IMG/VR virus record: IMGVR_UViG_3300030372_003721
Span: 1-28,362 of that record
Reading direction: 5' to 3' (one strand)
DNA: 28,362 bases
Origin: a virus
Taxonomy: Duplodnaviria > Caudoviricetes
How positions within the stretch are numbered: position 1 is the first letter of the stretch; each line of letters starts with the position of its first letter. The notes under the pieces are model-generated. The model was not told where the DNA came from and did no database searches. It worked only from the letters and a program-made list of their open reading frames with translations. Position numbers and translations under genes: made by a program. This document shows positions 1 to 6,110 of the stretch, in pieces.

Positions 1-1
1 C

Positions 2-76
2 CATAGCTTGCAAGGGGCAACTCTTGCAGGCCTTGGAGGGTATTGGAACCCTACCACCAAAGGAGATCAGATTATG
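2..76 (+). repeat. 75-nt start-associated structured leader repeat, copy 1 (two hairpins + RBS + ATG)
   Basis: Ungapped alignment to 360-434, 62/75 identical by manual count. Hairpin CTTGCAAGGG-GCAA-CTCTTGCAGG, then AGGGT..ACCCT, then AAGGAG and ATG at 74. Confidence 0.9.
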
Positions 77-352
77 TCCTATGTAAGCTTTGAAGGCGTA
101 TGCTGTGCAGACTGCGTCCAACCCGTCGCCAACGGCGATTTTTCGATCCTCTATTATTCCTTCGTAGAAGAGGAAGCAGATACCAAAGCATTCGTGATTG
201 ATTGCGGTATGCTGGAGCTGTGCGATGAGCACGGCGGATCGCTCCATATTGGCGATCTGGTCGATGAGTTTAGCCGTGAACGCTGCGATATATGCGGGAC
301 CACCTTGGCCGGGTCAAGACACGGGATCTTTGTCCTCTCCTCGGCTGCTTAG
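74..352 (+). CDS. Small Cys-rich phage protein, probable Zn-binding (CxxC...CxxC)
   Basis: AAGGAG RBS precedes ATG 74; the ORF-track start at 8 lies inside the repeat. Motifs CCADC and FSRERCDICGTTLAGSRH. Confidence 0.8.
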   Translation: MSYVSFEGVCCADCVQPVANGDFSILYYSFVEEEADTKAFVIDCGMLELCDEHGGSLHIGDLVDEFSRERCDICGTTLAGSRHGIFVLSSAA

Positions 353-359
353 CACCGCT

Positions 360-434
360 CATAGCCTGCAGGGCTCACCCCTTGCAGGCCTTGAAGGGCA
401 CTAAGACCCTACCACCAAAGGAGATCAGATCATG
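360..434 (+). repeat. 75-nt start-associated structured leader repeat, copy 2
   Basis: CATAGCCTGCAGGG-CTCACC-CCTTGCAGG...AGGG..CCCTACCACCAAAGGAGATCAGATCATG, same spacing as copy 1. Confidence 0.9.
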
Positions 435-626
435 ACATACACCCTATCTTTTGAGATCACAACGGACACCGATCCGGCTGAATTGCTGGAGTTACTGATC
501 GAGATGTCAGAAAAAGTCGCACGAGAGTGTGAACCTGTTGCAGTCCAAGACCAAAACGGCTTTTGGGTCGATGGAGAAGAAGAGCCAGAAGCCGTCGATC
601 ATACAGTAGACAGCCGCCAAAGCTGA
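432..626 (+). CDS. Small very acidic hypothetical protein (64 aa)
   Basis: RBS AAGGAG within the repeat; 17 D/E versus 3 K/R. Confidence 0.75.
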   Translation: MTYTLSFEITTDTDPAELLELLIEMSEKVARECEPVAVQDQNGFWVDGEEEPEAVDHTVDSRQS

Positions 627-670
627 CCACAGCCCCCGATCCGCGTTGATCGGGGGTGCTGGTCATTTTT
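624..670 (+). terminator. Long imperfect hairpin followed by T-run (intrinsic terminator or RNA processing site)
   Basis: TGACCA-CAGC-CCCCGATC / GATCGGGG-GTGC-TGGTCA then TTTTT, directly after the stop of 432-626. Confidence 0.6.
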
Positions 671-679
671 GGAGGTAGC

Positions 680-907
680 ATGAAAGGAAGACTAACCGCG
701 TCGCAGGCTGCGCGACTATCTGAGCTTTTGAACCTTGAAGATCGCGGGATGCTCTCCTGTGATCTGGAGTTGATCCGCCTCAAGTCGATCCAAGTCGGTC
801 ACTGTGCCGGCTGTGGTGGCACTGGAACCCAGATCGGCTTTGAAGGTCGGCGCAAGGTGCGCACTTGCTGCGAATACTGTGATCCAGCCCTCAAAACATC
901 GCAATAA
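680..907 (+). CDS. Small Zn-finger protein (CxxCxGxG...CxxC, DnaJ-type zinc motif)
   Basis: GGAGG RBS at 671-675, ATG 680. Motifs CAGCGGTG and CCEYC. Confidence 0.75.
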   Translation: MKGRLTASQAARLSELLNLEDRGMLSCDLELIRLKSIQVGHCAGCGGTGTQIGFEGRRKVRTCCEYCDPALKTSQ

Positions 908-1026
908 ATCCGATCTGAGGCCGTATCTACTAACAAAGGAGGCATACCACGACACCATACCCCAGAATCCAGCCAGCAAGGCGACAGGGCCCCGTATCAA
1001 TCGATCCCAGATGGCTGGCACGTCGC

Positions 1027-1272
1027 CGATCCTACCGATCCTAACCTACCGAACGGTCGGTAGGTAAAAACCTACCAAGCGGTAGGTTGAGATCGACCAA
1101 AAAAACCCGTTTTTGGTGTTGTCTATAAAATCAGTTTTTGGCTAAATCCGCAAAATTACTGGGATTTTTTGACAAATTTTCCAAAAAAAACGAAAAAAAA
1201 GTCGATTTTTGATTTATAGACAACATAAAAAACCAAAAAAAGGTCGATCGTCGATGTTGTCTATAAATATCA
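1027..1272. repeat. Non-coding convergent junction with palindromes, 13-mer repeats and A/T tracts
   Basis: Hairpins ACCTACCGA/TCGGTAGGT (1044-1065) and AACCTACC/GGTAGGTT (1069-1088). TGTTGTCTATAAA at 1117-1129, 1213-1225 (inverted) and 1255-1267. GATCGACC/GGTCGATC at 1091 and 1242. Confidence 0.85.
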
Positions 1273-2199
1273 AAACGTTGTTCGGCCGGAAAAATTCCGC
1301 TGCGCCTCGACTTCGCAAGCTTTTTTGAACTGATCTTCGGTCAAGATCATTCTCATGTCCTTCAGCTCTTCGGCTGCACGTTCCATTTCCTTGGCTCTTT
1401 GGGCTTCAGACCACCCAAGGGTAGGCTTAGGGCTGACAACGGGCTTAGAAAAGCTTGTAGGGGCCTTTACGGGGGTATTCTGCTCCTGGTTCATCAGCTC
1501 CAGGTACTGGGGGAACTTGCTGGCCCTAAGAATCGTGTCGAGTGTTCCCTTCTCGCGGACAAAGGTCGCTCGGTTGTGGTGGCTGGTGTAAATCCACCGA
1601 GTCACTTTCACCACGTCCTCCTCGCCAAACTCTGAGATCCGAGCCTTGAGGGCCTTTTTTCGGGACTCCCCCAGAACCAATGCGTTTGGCTTTGCACCGG
1701 GAACCTTCGCCCCGTAGATGGCTTTGATCTCTTCCCAAGCCTTTTTCCATTCAAGAGAGGGGGCTTTTTCTTGTTTTGTAATTGTAGATTCTTTATATGT
1801 ATGATCTAAAGAACGCGCGTGATCGTCTGGTCGCTGTCTGGTTTTGTCTGGTAGGGTGTCTGGTCTTGGACCACAACTATCTAAGATCACTGGGGTAGCC
1901 TGTCTGGTCTTTGTCTGGTTTTGTCTGGCGGGGTGGCTGGAATCGTCTGGTTTTGCTTTCCATGTAGCGATATCGTTGATGGTTTGCTTGCGAATCTGCT
2001 CGGCTTTCCACCGCGACCATCCGGCATAGCTGGCGACCTCCCGGATGCTAACTTCTGCCTCGTTATGAAGCATGTGCCACAACCAAGCGTAGACCACAGC
2101 TCTTGGGGCTGGAGAGCTGCGATTGAAGTCAAGCTTGCACAGCTCTGCACATAGGTTTGAGGGGATGGGCTGCCATTGCACGCCAAGGCTGCGCTTCAT
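1270..2199 (-). CDS. Phage replication initiator (N-terminal HTH, low-complexity linker, conserved phage C-terminal domain resembling Phg_2220_C)
   Basis: HTH-like SIREVASYAGWSRWKAEQI; repeat-encoded linker; C-terminal KKALKARISEFGEEDV...TLDTILRASKFPQYLE; AAGGAG RBS. Confidence 0.75.
   Translation of the reverse strand: MKRSLGVQWQPIPSNLCAELCKLDFNRSSPAPRAVVYAWLWHMLHNEAEVSIREVASYAGWSRWKAEQIRKQTINDIATWKAKPDDSSHPARQNQTKTRQATPVILDSCGPRPDTLPDKTRQRPDDHARSLDHTYKESTITKQEKAPSLEWKKAWEEIKAIYGAKVPGAKPNALVLGESRKKALKARISEFGEEDVVKVTRWIYTSHHNRATFVREKGTLDTILRASKFPQYLELMNQEQNTPVKAPTSFSKPVVSPKPTLGWSEAQRAKEMERAAEELKDMRMILTEDQFKKACEVEAQRNFSGRTTF
1765..1950. repeat. Putative replication origin: iterons plus AT-rich tract inside the initiator gene
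   Basis: GTCTGG at 1825, 1836, 1846, 1858, 1902, 1913, 1923 and 1945, mostly 10-12 bp apart, next to an AT-rich stretch at about 1765-1810. This matches the lambda O/ori arrangement. Confidence 0.7.
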
Positions 2200-2305
2200 T
2201 CGGTTCTCCTTTGGGTTGATTCCTTTGGGTACGGCAACGGGGAGCTACCCCGTCGCCAGTCACCCGAGATTGGTGACTCACCAAAGGATTGTCGCCTAAG
2301 CGACT
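2200..2305 (-). promoter_or_regulatory. Structured 5' leader of the initiator gene (multi-stem, duplicated CCCAAAGGA)
   Basis: Stems GGCGACGGGG/CCCCGTTGCC, AGTCACC/GGTGACT and GTCGC/GCGAC. A closing TCCTTTGG can pair with either CCAAAGGA copy. Confidence 0.65.
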
Positions 2306-2310
2306 TAAAC

Positions 2311-2340
2311 ACTCTAACCATTACGGAATGACTTTGACAA
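2311..2340 (-). promoter_or_regulatory. Sigma70-like promoter for the initiator gene
   Basis: TTGTCA-N18-TAGAGT on the minus strand, just upstream of the structured leader. Confidence 0.45.
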
Positions 2341-2728
2341 GGATGGATCCAGAATCTCCTTTCGGTGCCCACATTTTCATCGCGTTCACAGCGAAAACCT
2401 GTTGGTCACCATTGGTGAATATCTGCGCTTTCTCACAGGCATCAAGGATTGCCTTCACATAGTTGTCTAAGTCAGGTTTCGTATCGCATGGGATGGCATG
2501 GCCTGGATCCTTTCGACGGCAAAGCCGTTTTGGCCTGGACCGTAAGACGGTAATTTCCACCATGACGGGCCCGGTAATGGGCTCACGTTTACCCCAGAAA
2601 GCCCGCACAAATGTCGCCACTTGATTCTCAAAGTCTGCTGTCTTCTTTGGCGTGTAGGCCCTTGCATATCCACCGCGAACCGTAATCCTGGGGCGGCTCT
2701 TTGGAACTGGCTCGATGGGGATGTGCAT
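2321..2728 (-). CDS. rusA: RusA family Holliday junction resolvase
   Basis: PVPKSRPR, YTPKKTADFE, KPDLDNYVKAILDA and NGDQQV motifs. Start uncertain (2728 or 2803). Confidence 0.9.
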   Translation of the reverse strand: MHIPIEPVPKSRPRITVRGGYARAYTPKKTADFENQVATFVRAFWGKREPITGPVMVEITVLRSRPKRLCRRKDPGHAIPCDTKPDLDNYVKAILDACEKAQIFTNGDQQVFAVNAMKMWAPKGDSGSILVKVIP

Positions 2729-2828
2729 TACAACGTCATTTGTAAAGTGTACGTCAACAGGAGTATTTGATTCCACTTTTTCGTTTTGTTCTGATATGTT
2801 CATTTCACACACCATAAAGGAGGTTTAT

Positions 2829-3149
2829 ATGGGAGTGTATTCTGTATACATCAAAGGAGTATTAGTCACGGATGACGATGCTCCAGAAAACTGGGATCCT
2901 AAGATCCTAAACGCGGCTATCGAGCACGTTGAAGCTATTGGCGTTGTTCCGCACATCATGGACTTGGAGAGGGCGCCACGCGGGGCCAGCTCAAAGATTC
3001 GCGAACTGGAAGGAGCCAGCAAGCCAAAGACCAAGAAGCGTCAATATCGTTGTGCTGCTTGCGGGCAGCTTGGGCATTCTGTTTTGACTTGTCCAAACAA
3101 AGACACGCTTGTGGACCTGCCAAGACTTGGAGATCAGAACAATGAGTAA
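2829..3149 (+). CDS. Hypothetical protein with C-terminal CCHC zinc knuckle
   Basis: AAGGAGG RBS before ATG 2829. CAACGQLGHSVLTC matches CX2CX4HX4C and follows a basic patch. Confidence 0.8.
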   Translation: MGVYSVYIKGVLVTDDDAPENWDPKILNAAIEHVEAIGVVPHIMDLERAPRGASSKIRELEGASKPKTKKRQYRCAACGQLGHSVLTCPNKDTLVDLPRLGDQNNE

Positions 3150-3843
3150 CGTATTGTTTCATGGTGACCTTGGGGCTTTGTTTACGGCATTGCACGCTGC
3201 ACAAGGCGAGATTTCTGGATTCGTGAAAGATGAAGTCAATCCAGCATTCAAGAGCGATTACGCGAGCATCGAGGCGGTAATCGACGCAGTAAAGCCAGCT
3301 CTTTATAGAAATGGCTTGGTGGTAACTCAGCACATTGGCGAAACGATTGAGGGCGATGCAAGCCTGACAACGGTACTATCGCACACGTCTGGCTCCTATA
3401 TGTTGAGTACTGGAAGCATCTCCAGGGGTCGCAAGCGTGGACCGCAGGACGATGGCAGCGCCAACACATACATGCGGAGGTATGCGCTTTGTTCCTTGCT
3501 TATGCTCAAAGAAGCCGATGACGATGCAAACCTGGCTTCTGGATTAGATTCAAAGGGAAAGCCGGTTCCACAGGATTCCAATATGCCTAAGAAAAGCGGA
3601 TTCGAAAAACCATCTTTTGCAGGCTTGAAAGCCAAGAAGAACGGAACGGCTGGCTCTGCTTTCGATCAGGCTGTCCTTGATGCAGGCTATGACATTGAGT
3701 TGTTCGCTGACTTCTTTGAATCAGAAGGCTGGCCTCATTGGAGCACATACAGGCCGGAAAAAATCGAATCATTCCCAGCATTTATTTCAAACCCTGACTT
3801 GAGAGGAAAGTTCCAGGCTTTCATTGAATACAGCAAATCCTAA
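3142..3843 (+). CDS. erf: ERF family single-strand annealing recombinase
   Basis: NPAFKSDYASIEAVIDAVKPAL..GLVVTQ and PQDDGSANTYMRRYALCSLL..DDDAN signature; GGAG RBS; start overlaps the upstream gene end. Confidence 0.92.
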   Translation: MSNVLFHGDLGALFTALHAAQGEISGFVKDEVNPAFKSDYASIEAVIDAVKPALYRNGLVVTQHIGETIEGDASLTTVLSHTSGSYMLSTGSISRGRKRGPQDDGSANTYMRRYALCSLLMLKEADDDANLASGLDSKGKPVPQDSNMPKKSGFEKPSFAGLKAKKNGTAGSAFDQAVLDAGYDIELFADFFESEGWPHWSTYRPEKIESFPAFISNPDLRGKFQAFIEYSKS

Positions 3844-3868
3844 TCCATTCACACCAAAGGAGGTTCAA

Positions 3869-4237
3869 GTGACATTGAAGGATACAGAGAGCGCAATCGA
3901 GTTGTACGCACAGCAGATTGCTGAGTTGAAGTCAAAGAGAGAGGAGGCAGAAAAGACGGTTCAGGACTGCAACCGTAAGATCCAAGGCCTCATTGCAAAG
4001 CTGAAGGGGGTCGCTGGCAATGTCAGCACCCGCCAAGAAAGGTTCAACCTGCCAATCGTTGAAATGCGTGGAGCTGTGCAGGAGCGTATCTATCGCTCGC
4101 AGGGATACGTCGTTATGGCTCGAAAGCTTGGCTTGGGTCGTTACCGCGTCATCCACGGCAAAACAGCCGTAGGCTTGACCAATGAGGAGTACAAGAGAGT
4201 AAAAGCAGCATCCGATCAAAGATATGGGAGGTCATAA
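3869..4237 (+). CDS. Hypothetical protein with N-terminal coiled coil
   Basis: AAGGAGG RBS then GTG 3869; heptad-rich N-terminus; TAATG coupling to the next gene. Confidence 0.7.
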   Translation: MTLKDTESAIELYAQQIAELKSKREEAEKTVQDCNRKIQGLIAKLKGVAGNVSTRQERFNLPIVEMRGAVQERIYRSQGYVVMARKLGLGRYRVIHGKTAVGLTNEEYKRVKAASDQRYGRS

Positions 4238-4770
4238 TGAGCGGATTCCAAAAAAAGAGTGGCCCCGAACTCTGGGCCGATCATGCCGAGCTTTACACGC
4301 TGATCGATGAAGAAACCGGCGAACTGAACGAGGAGGCCATTGATTTGTTCGAGCGTTGGGGCATGGAGGCGGATGAAAAGCTTGAAGCCTATTGGCATCG
4401 CATGATCAAGCTTGAATCCAAGCGTATGCTTGCAGTGGCAAAGCGAGACGCAGCCGCGCATTCGGTGAAGGGAATCGACAAGGAAATCGCTTCAATGAAA
4501 AGGCTCGCTGCGATTCTGTTGGTAAAGAAAGACGAGTTGGGAGAGGAAACCAACGTGAAGGGCATTGGCTGGGGTTGCAGTTTGAGGCGAACCGTCTCGG
4601 TTGAAATCGACGACGACGCCAAACTTGGCGAGGAATACATGCGCGTCAAGCACGTCTCAAGCCCTGACAAGACAAAGATCAAGGAAGCCTTGACGAAAGG
4701 CTTAGAGGTTGGCGGCGCCCGTCTTGTCGAAAAGCCATCCGTGAGTTGGAAGAGAGGAGGCAAGTTATGA
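4237..4770 (+). CDS. Siphovirus Gp157 family protein
   Basis: IDEETGEL, coiled coil, SVEIDDDAKLGEEY..PDKTKIKEALTKGLEVGGARLVE signature; adjacent to ERF. Confidence 0.88.
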   Translation: MSGFQKKSGPELWADHAELYTLIDEETGELNEEAIDLFERWGMEADEKLEAYWHRMIKLESKRMLAVAKRDAAAHSVKGIDKEIASMKRLAAILLVKKDELGEETNVKGIGWGCSLRRTVSVEIDDDAKLGEEYMRVKHVSSPDKTKIKEALTKGLEVGGARLVEKPSVSWKRGGKL

Positions 4771-4853
4771 GTAGGAACAAGCGTTTGATTTTAGAGGCCT
4801 TGGGTTGGGGGTTATTCTTTTATTACAGCGCGATAATGCTACACCTTGCCTAA
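4767..4853 (+). CDS. 28-aa putative membrane peptide (not in ORF track)
   Basis: GAGGAGG RBS and ATGA overlap; MSRNKRLILEALGWGLFFYYSAIMLHLA. Confidence 0.55.
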   Translation: MSRNKRLILEALGWGLFFYYSAIMLHLA

Positions 4854-4857
4854 AACA

Positions 4858-4906
4858 AGAGCCCCATCATTCAGACCTAACGACATGGCAGAATGGTGGG
4901 GTTTCT
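4858..4906 (+). terminator. Hairpin between convergent transcription units
   Basis: GCCCCATCATTC / GAATGGTGGGGT stem with G-U pairs valid on the plus strand, followed by TTCTTT. Confidence 0.5.
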
Positions 4907-5416
4907 TTATGGATACGCCACAACCTTGGGCCGCTTCTGCAAGATGCCCATGTGACCGGGCGCAAAGATCAAAATGGCGCTACCCTTGGGCGCCGAGTTT
5001 GCTCGGCTACCATCAGCTCGCAAGAAGCGAATCCTGCCACGCACAAGGCGAATCTCTTGGGCTTTCCAAGCATAGTCATGCCACCATGCCGTATCGGTGC
5101 AAGCCATGGTGAGAACGACCACAAACGAGCCTTTGGTGCTCTCGACCCAAGCCTTCTTGACCCACTTCCCGACCTCGCGACCGTAGGGCGGATTTAGCCA
5201 AACCATCCGCTTGCCCCAATCGGCTTCGAGCGCATTCCTGTTTGATTCGTCAGGATGATCTGGCCCATACCAATCTGGAAGCAAAGCGGAGTTTGCCAGC
5301 GCAGCCGCGTCTACCTCAAAGCCAAACTCTGCATGGAGTGGCTCAAAGACTTCGGGCGGCGTGCGCCAACATTGATCATCCGATGAGTGGATGACTTTCC
5401 AAGGCTGGCTCTTCAT
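4907..5416 (-). CDS. dam: Phage DNA N6-adenine methyltransferase (T1/HP1 Dam-like family)
   Basis: WRTPPEVF..FEVDAAA, catalytic WLNPPYG, TDTAWW and RGRIRF motifs. Confidence 0.92.
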   Translation of the reverse strand: MKSQPWKVIHSSDDQCWRTPPEVFEPLHAEFGFEVDAAALANSALLPDWYGPDHPDESNRNALEADWGKRMVWLNPPYGREVGKWVKKAWVESTKGSFVVVLTMACTDTAWWHDYAWKAQEIRLVRGRIRFLRADGSRANSAPKGSAILIFAPGHMGILQKRPKVVAYP

Positions 5417-5796
5417 TAGAAGGGCATTTCAGCTTCGTTATAGGCTTGGCCGTTGGTGGCCTCGACCTCTTTCTTCACAACGATATCAATGCTGTTTACC
5501 TTGATCTCAAGGTTTTCCTGAACTGTGCCGTCGTCTTTCTTCCACTTCTTGGTGGATGCGGTTCCCGCTACCGCGACGTAGCTACCCTTAGACAGGCCCT
5601 CAAGCTTGTTTGCAGTCTTACCGAATGCCACGCAGCGATACCAGCTTGTGACGTCTTCCCATTGCCCATCAACCTTTTGGCTGGTGTTGACCGCCACCGA
5701 AAAGTTTGCAATCTGCAAATCGCCGCGAACCGTGCGAACCTCAATATCGCCGCCGAGGTTGCCGCCAAGTGTAATAGAACAAAATCCCTTTGCCAT
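5416..5796 (-). CDS. ssb: Single-stranded DNA-binding protein
   Basis: OB-fold motifs GNLGGD, NFSVAVN, WYRCVAFGKTA, KGSYVAVAG; acidic tail ending MPF. Confidence 0.95.
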   Translation of the reverse strand: MAKGFCSITLGGNLGGDIEVRTVRGDLQIANFSVAVNTSQKVDGQWEDVTSWYRCVAFGKTANKLEGLSKGSYVAVAGTASTKKWKKDDGTVQENLEIKVNSIDIVVKKEVEATNGQAYNEAEMPF

Positions 5797-5894
5797 GTTT
5801 TCCTCCTTTTAGGAAAGAGGAACATAACACGAAAGGAGCACCCCCACGGCAAAGGAGGTAGCCTAACCGGCGCGGCACCGGCTGGGGGTGCATG

Positions 5895-6110
5895 TCATTC
5901 CGACGCCTCTGGAGTTGGCGTAGCCTCTTCGCCTCCTTTGGCTTCCGGCGCGTCGGATTCCTCTTCTTTCTCAACCTCTACGGTTTCCTCTTCAGCCACT
6001 GGTTCAGCGACTTGAAACTGGCAACTTCCCCAGCTACCAGCGACCACAATAACGCCTCCAATCATGGCGACTTTTGTGCTGTTCTTTGCTTCTTTGAGTA
6101 CGTTTTTCAT
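5895..6110 (-). CDS. Small membrane-anchored protein with acidic tail (lysis cassette, possible spanin-like or lipoprotein)
   Basis: Basic N-terminus, hydrophobic VAMIGGVIVVAG, a Cys, then an E-rich tail; ATGA overlap with the endolysin. Confidence 0.6.
   Translation of the reverse strand: MKNVLKEAKNSTKVAMIGGVIVVAGSWGSCQFQVAEPVAEEETVEVEKEEESDAPEAKGGEEATPTPEASE

Noticed and set aside
2-434. Repeats as a CRISPR array or integron attC sites
   Set aside because: Only two 75-nt copies separated by a whole gene; no cas or integrase gene in the window and no RYYYAAC/GTTRRRY ends.
804-1067. ORF 804-1067 and the orphan AAAGGAGG near 936-942
   Set aside because: The ORF overlaps the Zn-finger gene and runs into palindromes; the SD-like motif has no standard start codon at usable spacing.
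65-1249. GATC richness as cyanobacterial HIP1
   Set aside because: The full GCGATCGC octamer is not seen here; the flanking bases vary.
2231-2305. Multi-stem element as a tRNA
   Set aside because: No T-loop GTTCRA, D-loop or acceptor/CCA geometry.
5446-6015. 189-aa plus-strand ORF and similar antisense ORFs (6671-7168, 10944-11606, 17428-17961, 26018-26620)
   Set aside because: They shadow well-supported minus-strand genes and have no RBS or recognisable motifs.
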